From Octopus vulgaris (lineage: Eukaryota), in NCBI GenBank assembly GCA_951406725.2, contig OX597832.1, positions 15,996,001-16,060,000 of the forward strand: a stretch of 64,000 nucleotides of DNA, written 5' to 3'. Below, in pieces: positions 53,590 through 64,000 of this stretch; the first letter of the stretch is position 1, and each line of letters opens with the position of its first letter. The notes beneath the pieces were generated by a model, which saw nothing but the letters and a program-made list of their open reading frames with translations, was not told the origin of the DNA and did no database searches. Made by a program: the position numbers and the translations under genes.

Positions 53590-54400
53590 ACACGCTAGAG
53601 CATTCTAATTTAGTAAGCAGGTATTTTAACGTTAGGTTACCAATCGGTCTCCTCAATTCTAAAGAAGTTAGCTTAGGATTCTTCCAAACTATACGGCTGT
53701 TAACAATGTGAGATTCAATTCCAGTAATTTTCATGCCTTTGGTATTTTGCCAAGTGCGCTTATTACTACAGGAATTATTTCGTCTTCGTAATTCACAAAT
53801 TCCTCGGCTCTCTGGTGAGATCCTGCTGTTTAACGTGTTTTTATCCATTTGTTTTTCTCTATCGACTCTGCTATCATTGTGAATCGCAGAATCTATTATC
53901 TTGCAATCTTTGTTTATTTTGTCCTCCATAATAATGTTTGGTTTTCTACCATCAACAATATGATCAGTCTTGGCGACGTGCAACTAGATCTTGTACCTCT
54001 CATGTTCTCTCATTGTCTCTGTCCCTGCTCATACCATCTTTCTGTTGTTATGTAACCAGCCACACTCTTTTCTTTCTTTCCGTTGTCATGTCCTGGCTTG
54101 TACTCCATCTATGCTAGTACACTGCCTCCACACAAAATGTGATTCATACGCTCGGCGCATTTCCTGGAGATTCGACATTTTTATATATATTTGCCTTGAG
54201 TAGATTTCGACAAAGAAAGTTTCTGTTCCTCGCTTGAAGTAACCCAGCAGTAAATAAACCCAACAGATTCCATTGACAACATTCTTGGTTTGTTGGATGG
54301 ATTGGCCATGCAGCTCTATTTCTTCTAATTTGTTCATTCTGCTCTTCTTCTTTTCCATTTCTCTTTGTACTCTCGAACTGTTTCAGTCATATTTTCTATA
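53590..54400 (-). mobile_element. Degenerate R4/Dong-like LINE 3' portion (RLE domain)
   Basis: VDGRKPNIIMEDKINKDCKIIDSAIHNDSRV (PD...D motif), GYFKRGTETFF, ELHGQ. Confidence 0.75.
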
Positions 54401-54824
54401 CCTCTCGTTGCCGAATATAAACTTTCTTTAATCTGTACAACATAATGTTCAAACTCGGTGCCGCAGCACCAACACGGTCGTCTACGTTTACTAATCCTCC
54501 GCAATATTCCTTCCTTGGCATATAGACTCTGTCGATATTACCTTAACCATAGAGCACATTCGATGTTCTGCATTTCTATTTCGGAAAAGGACGCAGAGAA
54601 TATGAATACTGGAATTAACCATGTATTTATGACTTTAAGTATTATACTTGCAATGCCTTTTGATTCCAGCAACTTCCTAATTTTTGTTTTGTATTCTTCA
54701 GCGTTTTTATCTTACAAGCACTTTAACTTATCGTCTTGCAATATACCGGAGTATATGCATCCCTCATTATGCCATTACAGTCGGCTGTGGTAATTTAATG
54801 TTTGTATACTTGATATTCCGGCCA

Positions 54825-54947
54825 TTTCATATATTCAGTATTCAAAGTAAACGGCCACCTACTGGGGCCATTCGGCATCGCTCGATCGATCGGTCAGGGC
54901 TGTCGGCTCTTCTGTACGCATTTGCAATCGAACCACTGCAGCGGAAC
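54825..54947 (+). mobile_element. L1/Tx1 RT micro-fragment
   Basis: VFKVNGHLLGPFGIARSI.QG, frameshift, LSALLYAFAIEPLQR; homologous to 27103-27218. Confidence 0.8.
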
Positions 54948-55399
54948 ATTTTAGTGTATGCAGTGTATTCTTACACTCTTTTTTCTTTCCTTTTTTATTT
55001 TATAGTATTTCATTATGCCACCAAACAGCATTTCACTAACTTTACTGAATATTCTGACTGTTTGGATAACAGAATCCAGGTTTGTTTCTACATTTATTGA
55101 GATGTTCCATATGAAATAGGTGATTTATTCTTACCCTGGCTTTGGTAACTTAACGGCAGCTCTGGATCTTCTAAATATATTTGCTATTGGGATTAGAGCA
55201 ATGACGATAACTAATGAAGAGAGCAAGTCACCTTGAAAAATGTCAGCTGCATATTTTCACGTACCCTGGGATTCATTTGCTTACATCAGTCTTTCCTCCA
55301 ATTCGTTCACTGACTTCTCCAAAAAGTACTTTATCACTTCATTGGCTTAAACACTCCAAGAGCCAGCTATACTGGACACTGTTGTTGGCCATCTAATGT

Positions 55400-55497
55400 A
55401 TCCAGTATTCAAAGTAAACGGCCAGCTATTTGAGTCATTCGGCATCGCTCGCTCAATCCGTCAGGGCTGTCTGCTGTCGGCTGTTCTGTACGTATTG
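55400..55497 (+). mobile_element. Second copy of the same L1/Tx1 RT micro-fragment
   Basis: cagtattcaaagtaaacggcca...cattcggcatcgctcg..cgtcagggctgtc..ctgtcggct.ttctgtacg. Confidence 0.8.
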
Positions 55498-56363
55498 TAT
55501 GCCGAGATGTTTTTATTGAAGACGTAAAGAGAAAAATCCTTGGATTTATGTAATTGTTGGAGGTTATCAAGTTTTATTTTTTAAGAGATACAGTAAGCGG
55601 CGTAACATTTTCTGCACCATTTAAGATAGGGTCGGGGTTTCAAGACGATTCTCCACGGCATGTCGAAACTGATTCCTCCGTCTTTCAGTTTTCAGATCGA
55701 GGAAGGAAGTTTTGTTGAATATCTCTTATCACTGTACCAAAAATTACAAGGACGGTACCTAAATTAATATTTTAACTCCTTGTGTGTAAGTATATGTGTA
55801 TATATATATATGTGTGACATTACGTATTTATTTCCTGTTTTTATCATATATTTGGCATTTCTTAGCCATTAATAACAACATATGCAGATATTAACTCCTT
55901 GATAATTTTGTTGAAGTTACACGCCTGTATGCGCGCGTGTGTGAGTAAACGTGTGTGATAATGTGTGTGTGTGTGTACATGTGTCTGCTTATGCGAGTGT
56001 GTTTTGCCAGGTAGGGTGTTTAGGTAGATAAGAAGGTAGTTACATGGTTTTAAATCAGTGGCGTAATGGAATTATGCAATATTGAAATATATTTCAGTAC
56101 TTTTGAAAACGATTTCTGTAAATGTTATATTAATACGGTGAATATAATAAACATTTACTTATTTGTTATTGAAACTGTATGAAAGTCGAGTCTCCATAAT
56201 ATTATCCCAAAATGGTTTATGTCGGTTATAGCTTTTTTTATGGAAAACATGGCTTTCTATAGAAACATAATCCCCTAGTCGATTATTATTATTATTGTCA
56301 TATTATTCTTGTTGTTGTTATGATTATTCCATATATATATATATATATATGCACAATCCCCCC

Positions 56364-56425
<62 letters not shown>

Positions 56426-56789
56426 ATATAAATCTCTTCAAAGATTACACGAAAATAATGTAGTCTTTTCATTTCGAAACACATTGAAATTAAATGACGT
56501 CTGTAGCACGATGAAAAATAATCATCAATGGAGCCATTTCGTCTAAACGCTGTGGATATTTAACAGAAATTTCTATAGTATATTCTGTAATGACAATATC
56601 GGGATTGAGAGAGAAATGGAATAGCGTCAATGTAATTAAAATGCTTAATGCATTACATTTTAGCCTGTACACACCTCATGGGAATAGGTGTGTGTGCGTC
56701 TGCATATATGCATACATACATAAATGTATATACATATGCATAATATATAACATATGCGTGTATATATATGTATAATATAATATGCATGC

Positions 56790-56821
<32 letters not shown>

Positions 56822-57182
56822 GTAATTATATATATATATATATATATAAATTTATGTGAGTGTATGTGAGTGTATGTGTGTGTGTGTGTGTGTGTGTATA
56901 CATAAGTATATGTATTTATACGACTTTCTAAAGTACGGTGATTGAAATTAATGAGGTAAACCATTTTAAACTCAAATAATTAAAGATCTGTAAACACAGT
57001 AAACACTGATACATAGATCATTCTAACTTATATTATATTTCATGAAATATTGTTACACATTCTTTGCTTCAAACGAACACATGATCAGTTTAGCGTTTAA
57101 ATTTAACTCTTAACGTTACTGTGTGTTTGTAGTTTCAAGAAAGATAGAATACGAATGGAGTAGTAAAAACCTAATTTTTTTA

Positions 57183-57492
57183 TGCGGCCCTTTCACGCCT
57201 AGCCAGGCTGAAGGGCCAACTTTCCATGTTTCTGCGGCGTATGTGGCCCCTCCCCTAGCTGGACGAGACGCCAGTTCATCGCAGATTTACTCAAGAAACA
57301 GGAATAAAGAGTGAGAGAGCGTTTGGGCGAAAGAGTACAACAGGGGTCGCCACAAACCCCTGCCCGGAACCTCGTGGAGCTTTTAGGTGTTTTCGCTCAA
57401 TAAACACTCACAACGCTCGATCTGGGAGTCAAAACCGCAATTCTCTCACCGCAAGTCCACTGCCCTAACCACTGGATCATTGCGCCCTCACA
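57183..57492 (-). mobile_element. tRNA-derived SINE (second family)
   Basis: Minus head gggcgcaatgatccagtggttagggcagtggacttgcgg...gcggttttgactcc has A- and B-box-like motifs; GC-richer body. Confidence 0.8.
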
Positions 57493-58582
57493 AAAATCTT
57501 ATTAAAATACGTGATAAAGCTGGAATCATATGATATAGACCTACACGTACGATACTCCTCTCCTTGTGCTAAATATTTATTAACAAACATTTTTTCAACT
57601 ACTGGTCGTATAATATAATTGCAGATGATATACGACATTGTTCCTTTTTGCTCTTTTTGATTTTTTGCTTTTTATTTTCTAGTTTTACCGCTTCCTCTAT
57701 CGTCCTTTAGATGGCATGTTTAATAAAGGTGTGTTTTGATTAACAAATTGTTACCAAAACGTCTCAAGTAGTGTTCATATGTAAATTTTACTGTGCAAAT
57801 TATAACCATACACACACGAACTCGCGCAGACTTACACACACGTAAATAAATATATGTGTTTGTTTGTGTATAAGGTCACTCGCTCATGCATCAGCACAAA
57901 TGCACATTACGTACGCTTTTGCACATATATAAATGTATAATTAAGTGTTTCAATAGATTACACATATACCTTTATATATATGTGTATATGTATGTACAGT
58001 AATGGGAAATCTTATAACGAATTATGATATACAAATGTGTGTGCTGCTAATCCGGTTACTGTTTTTGATTGGAGCTTTCTGTTGCATGTCAATCAAGAGG
58101 GGCCCTCTATATCCGCTGCTTCAGACGCTGAGAACTGTTTTAGTTATCGTTCGCTTCATCCACTGTAACCGTTTTGGTGTTTTAGAGTTTCATAACTGGA
58201 TCATGCGTGTCTCATTCTATATGTGCCGAAGAGGAAGGTCTTAAGACCAAGTGTGTGGGTTACTTCCTTGCAAGTTCAGACCCACCTTAAACAATTCCAG
58301 GCCATACGTCTACATATTCATGAACGGCTTCACCAGAAACGAAGCGTTTAGCAAAGAAGAAAATAGATTCTCGGATACGAGATAAATCCGAAGTCAACGA
58401 CCGTGAGATCGGCCTGTGTGTGTGTGTGTCTGTGTGCGCGCGCGTGTGTGCTCTTCGTATGTCTCTTTGTGTTTCAGTGCCTGCGTGTCTATGTTACATT
58501 TTTTCTATCTCACTCACAATCTATCTATATTCATAAATCTGTGCACGTCTGCGTATGCAGACAGATAGAGTGGCAGAGACAC

Positions 58583-58602
58583 GGATAGATAGATAGATAG
58601 AT

Positions 58603-58661
<59 letters not shown>

Positions 58662-58760
58662 AAGATGAATAGAGGCACAGCTAGATAGATAGATAAATAG
58701 ATACACACATATAGATAAAGATAGATATATTTAGATAGATAGATGGATAGATAGATAGAT

Positions 58761-58859
<99 letters not shown>

Positions 58860-58980
58860 AAGATAGGCAGATAGATGGATAGAGATATAGGTAGATAGAA
58901 AGATAGGCAGATAGATGGATAGAGAGATAGGTAGATAGAAAGAGGAAGAGAGACATATATAGATAGAGTTAGAGAGAGCA
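58583..58980. repeat. (GATA)n tetranucleotide repeat
   Basis: Direct observation. Confidence 0.95.
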
Positions 58981-60059
58981 AAATAAACATACTTATGTAA
59001 CAAATACAATGGTCTACGAGCAGAATGAATTCAAAGTTTATCTATTTCTATAATAATGCATCAATGTATTATATCATTCATTTATTTTAATTCTTAATCT
59101 TCAGTTAAGCAGAGTTCGGAGACATGAAATTTTTCATGCATTATATCAACAACATTGCATTCATGAAATATTTGGAATCTGACCGTTTAATCTGTCGCTT
59201 TGAACGATGCCATATATCGTTTAATATTTAGGCTTCCATGTATGCTATGTAGAGAAATAGTTAAATTACAACGCAATAAATTTATTTGTTACTTACATAG
59301 ACAGAAATATAAAGATAATTTATAATTTCATCAGCATCTGCTGTATGTATTTAGGAGATTTTCTTCGTAAAATATCGACGTATACGCCTGTAACAATTTG
59401 TTGCGAAGATAAGAAGCTAAGGAAAGCAAAGATTAGTATTCCGTATATGTTTATACATAGTTATGTATGTGTTTGTGTTTCAGTGGCTTCCTTATATGTG
59501 CTGTCGCATTTATTTTCTTTAGCTAATAATGGTGTCTAGAATGATGCCTTATCTCTGTAATTGCCATGTTAGACATAGAAACAAGTGTGGTGAGTAATTA
59601 AAAGGATATATTTCTAAATTATCTCGCCTGTCTGTTTTGGGCCTCCTTCGTATCTAATGGTCTGCATTCCATTGATATATTTTCATTATATATGTGCAGC
59701 CTGATATCGAACTAGCCAGCAATCGATTTATACAAAATGGTATAACAGATATATATTTTTATTAGATGTGTAATGTCGTATAAGGTATTTGCTTCATATG
59801 TTGATCAAAAGCTATCTGAAATAATAAGCAAAAATAAATATTTGACGAATGTAATTATTTGTCTAAATGGAAAACATGAATAATAACTCAATTAGGCCCA
59901 ATTACGGAAATCTGGAAACCAATATCATGTGTGCTTTTCCTCCATTTGAATAGAGAATCTATAATATTCGGGCGATACGTGTGTTTTCACATTGATATTA
60001 CGTAGCTACATATATTTCTGCCTCTCTCTCTGTTTCTCCTTCTCTCTATACACACTCAC

Positions 60060-60092
60060 TTATATATACAGACACATATACACACAGACACG

Positions 60093-60137
<45 letters not shown>

Positions 60138-60153
60138 GCGTACATACTTATAA

Positions 60154-60190
<37 letters not shown>

Positions 60191-60209
60191 CATATATATA
60201 TATATACAG

Positions 60210-60277
<68 letters not shown>

Positions 60278-60314
60278 ATATATATATATATGTGTGTGTG
60301 TGTGTTTGTGTGTG

Positions 60315-60360
<46 letters not shown>
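60060..60360. repeat. (TA)n/(TG)n microsatellite
   Basis: Direct observation. Confidence 0.95.
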
Positions 60361-60362
<2 letters not shown>

Positions 60363-61582
60363 CTACGTTGTCTAGAAGGTCATTTACTCTTTCGCTTATG
60401 CATAGAGTTACAATTCTTTTGAATGGCTTTTGTCAACTTTATGATTCTATTCCTATTGACATTTGATAGCCGTTACTTTTATCTTACTTTAGAAGCAAAT
60501 TGCTCGTAATTGTGTTTAAAGCTGTTAGTTCAGTGATAGTTTTAACATGGAATGAAAAGTGAATATTTTAGCTATATTTCGCTTTTTTTATTTCTCTAAT
60601 GGCAAGAAAGCTGATGAGGCTCACTAAGAAATATATGATGGTGATGATTGCTTACCAGAACTCATATCTCAAATATGGTGTCAAAACTTGCGTACTGGAG
60701 ATTTCTCACTCGAAGCTGACTAACGATCCGGTCGACCTACTGAATTTGATAATGGCCGAATGAAAGCCATAATTGAATTTGATTGTCATATACCTGTGCG
60801 TGAGATTGCAAAGAGGTTAAATGTATCACACAAAACAATTCAAATTCACTTAAAGTGTCTCGGATACGTCATTTCGGTTCTACATAAAATGAAAGAATTT
60901 CACTTAATAGAACGAATCAATATTTTCAAGAGGCGTCTCAAACGCAATGAAATCGGCATTTTTTAAAACTGAATCATCACTGGTGATGAAGACTGGATTG
61001 TCTACAATAAGAACAATCGAAAACGATCATGGCTTGAGCATAATGAAACGGCACAAAACACGACGAATGCTGAGTTGCATCAAAAACAGGTCACACGCTC
61101 AATTTGGTGGGATTACAAAGGTGTTGTGCATTTTAAGCTGCTTGCAAGGAACCGAACGATCAATTCAGATGTTTACTGTCAACAACTAATGAAACGTAAA
61201 GGAGTTGTTTTCCAGAATGAAAATACTACACTGCGCTCGCATTTAGTAACACATCAGCATTTATTGGAGCTTGGTTGGGAAGTGATGGCACATCCACAAT
61301 ATAACCTTCACGTCCAATCATCAGATTATCAAATTTGCAAAATCCTTTGAATTGTAAACATTCCAATAGTGACAATGAATTGAAATCGCGCTTCCTTCTC
61401 TTTTTAGATAATAACTATAAGAAGGTCAATGAACGCAGAATAATAATACTGCCAGAAAGATGGCGACAGTTCATCGAACAGAATGAGAAATATATAATTG
61501 TTTAAATATATTTATTTGTACGAAAAAATGGCTTTTATTTCACAGAAAAAAAAACCCAAAATTCATTCTTGTCAGCCTAATA
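60361..61582 (+). mobile_element. Old mariner transposon (different subfamily), heavily decayed
   Basis: RSGRPTEFD, VREIAKRLNVSHKTI, IITGDEDWIVYN, WWDYKGVVHF, TINSDVYCQQL, WEVMAHPQYN...SSDY; degenerate TIRs tactacgttgtctagaagg / cattcttgtcagcctaata. Confidence 0.88.
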
Positions 61583-61645
61583 CACACACATACACACATA
61601 CACGCACACACACACACACGCACACTCACACATACACACACACAC

Positions 61646-61686
<41 letters not shown>

Positions 61687-61697
61687 AATGTAATATA

Positions 61698-61859
61698 TGA
61701 CAATTATTCGGTAGCCATGATAAAACTCCGATTTTCGGATCCCGAGGAGAAAATCCACGCCTCTATCTCTTCATTTATCCTGCCATGGGAAAATGCCTTG
61801 AAAAATCTGTGACAATTATTCGGTAGCCATGATAAAACTCCGAGTTTCGGATGCCGAGG
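61698..61859 (+). repeat. ~50-bp direct repeat pair
   Basis: tgacaattattcggtagccatgataaaactccga(t/g)tttcggat(c/g)ccgagg at ~61698 and ~61810. Confidence 0.9.
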
Positions 61860-61918
61860 TATATATATATACGAGTGATTGGAGAAACGAAAAAAGGGTA
61901 CTCGATATTGGAGTTAAA

Positions 61919-62082
61919 TGTATGGATCAAAACAGTTTGATTCACTTTCGTTGGTAAGTTGAGTTTCAAGCGCGATTCTAGTCGTCAGCTACTTCAAATT
62001 CAAAATGGCTGACGACTAGTATCGTACTTGAAACTCGGGTGTGCCAATGAATTTGAATCAAAGTGTTTTGGTACATCCATAT
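61919..62082. mobile_element. Palindromic MITE-like element
   Basis: Long imperfect inverted repeat: ..caaaacagtttgattca..gagtttcaagcgcgattctagtcgtcagc [loop] gctgacgactagtatcgtacttgaaactc..tgaatcaaagtgttttg. Confidence 0.8.
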
Positions 62083-63352
62083 ATATATAAAATAATAATA
62101 TGTATAAGCATATAATATATAATGAACTTAAATTCATAATATATAACATGTGTATGTGTATGTGCCTGTCTGTCCGTAACTGTGAGTGAGTGTGTAACCT
62201 TTAACCCTATAAGTTTAAGGCAATTAATTAATTTTGACTGGGTTTTCCATTTTAAGTTATGTTTTAAGTGCTTGAGTTTTGAAGCATGTAGAAATTAGAT
62301 GATCAATCATAGCTAACATTAATACACACCATAGAAGACTACAATGATTTGGAAGTATGACTGATTATTCCTTAAGATATTTCGGTCACTTTATCATTGA
62401 AATAATAACCGGTGTGACTAATTATTATCCCTCAAACATTCGTTTATTGTTAAATATTCACCAATTTAGCTCTTGACACTTGAAAACATCAAAACTGATT
62501 GATATAGGTATCACTAGTAAAAATTGCATCGATTTATTTCAAGTATCAATGCTGCAACTTTGGTCAAATATTCTAGAATTATTTCCTGACAGATTTTCAG
62601 TCAAGTAATTTAGCTAAAGCTACTTCGCATTCGCAAACATGGGATGAGCTTTGGTGGTAAGACCATGACAGAGCTCACGAATGAAAACTATGCTAACGTC
62701 AGAATGGATTCAAGATGATGGTGCGAGTATCAAGTCTCGGTAAATATTCTACCATAATCACACACACACACAAAATAATCTAAGGATTCACCACGTTGTT
62801 GTTGGCAACTGATGTTTTGAATAGTTTCTAACTTGCATATACATCATGGCTAGCTATTCATTTGTGGTAATATATTTCTACAGGTTATATCATCATTATG
62901 GTCATGTTCAAGATGGAACCGATGATGAAGGTGAATAATAATCATTATTTTAACGGATTATAATTTTGGTATCAACCGCAATTATTGTATTGGGAGGAGT
63001 ATAACCACTTTTCTTAGGTCCCGTGGTTTCAGAGCTAATTCAGTATATCGCCCAAGAAGCAATGACTTGGGCAGAGATTGAAGACAAGTCAAGTCGTTCT
63101 TCTCCAAATTCTCTGATTTGCCTTCCAAATTGCACACAATAACACTGACTCTTGCGTTCTAATAATGTTAACATGAATTATTGTACAACGTTTTGTTGTC
63201 AATCATATATAATCCAAGATTTTCTTGTGTACCAACCTTCCTATGACAATATCTAAAAATATATAACTACGAGAGATAGACCTTGTTAGCAGCTTAGAAA
63301 TCTCAGATTCCACCATATCGGCTTACTCTACGATATTTAATGATTTCTTTTA

Positions 63353-63682
63353 CAGGTATAGTTCAGTAGCTAGACGTTTGGTTTAAAATCATAGGGAGGG
63401 TCTTCGATCCCATGATCGCGATCTGTTCTTGAACAAGTCATTTTATTTCACGTTGCTCCAGTTCACTCATCTGTAGTAATGAGCGGCGCCACCAAAGGTG
63501 CAAACTGAATCGTCCTTTTCCATTTCCTTTGGATGGCGTGGATGGTGTGGAAAGGAGAGTCTGATATACTTGTATGCATGGGTTATTGCTTGTCTTCCGT
63601 AAGTAACATTACCGAACTTGTACTTCGGTGGGGGAATTTCTAAGTGGTATCGCATGCCCATTCATGACCGAAGGGGGTTTTT
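63353..63682 (+). mobile_element. tRNA-derived SINE with CORE-like central block
   Basis: Head tagttcagtagctag...gtcttcgatccc, then tgttcttgaacaagtca..ttgctccagttcactcatctgtagtaatgag. Confidence 0.65.
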
Positions 63683-63799
63683 TTGTTTCATTTATATACT
63701 CACCAAATGAATGCAAACATTTCAGCATCAGTAAAATTGTTAAATGAATGCAAATTTTGTTAATATACAAGGACACATAACGCCTTTAAGCAATGTGTA

Positions 63800-64000
63800 T
63801 GCCGGGATAAATGCTTATTGGTATTATGCCCGTCTTTTCCCTGCTGAGTTCTAATTCGACCGAGGTCGACTTTACCTTTCATCCTTTCGGGGTCGATTAA
63901 ATCAGTACCAGTTACGCACTGGGGTCGATATAATCGACTTAATTCGTTTGTCTGTCCTTGTTTGTCCTCTCTGTGTTTAGCCCCTCGTGGGTAGTAAAGA
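63800..64000 (+). mobile_element. SINE with Meta-like central block and Tx1-like 3' tail (runs off the window)
   Basis: gagttctaattc (B-box-like), gtcgactttacctttcatcctttcggggtcgat..aatcagtacc, tail tttgtctgtccttgtttgtcc. Confidence 0.8.

Noticed and set aside
57420-57492. tRNA gene
   Set aside because: The tRNA-like head continues into a SINE body and the boxes are degenerate; the same applies to 40590 and 63355.
58220-58260. Possible hammerhead (ccgaagaggaaggtcttaagacc)
   Set aside because: It lacks the CUGA and GAAA core and has no stem I.

Overview
AT-rich, microsatellite-saturated eukaryotic DNA, most consistent with an octopus/cephalopod intergenic region (inferred from repeat composition, not verified). 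No intact host gene is evident, and most short ORFs in the track are microsatellite artefacts. The window is dominated by mobile elements: a full-length Tx1/L1-type LINE inserted, with a 9-bp TSD, into the tRNA-like head of a SINE; several R4/Dong-like (RLE) LINE fragments stacked in trinucleotide tracts together with a non-coding ~550-bp companion element; two mariner transposons; Penelope GIY-YIG remnants; one apparently intact and one decayed Penelope-type minimal hammerhead ribozyme; several SINE families, one sharing its 3' tail with the Tx1 LINE; and MITE-like palindromes. Manual translation also suggests a three-exon otopetrin-like pseudogene (minus strand, ~4.7-11.9 kb) and weaker GPCR-like remnants.
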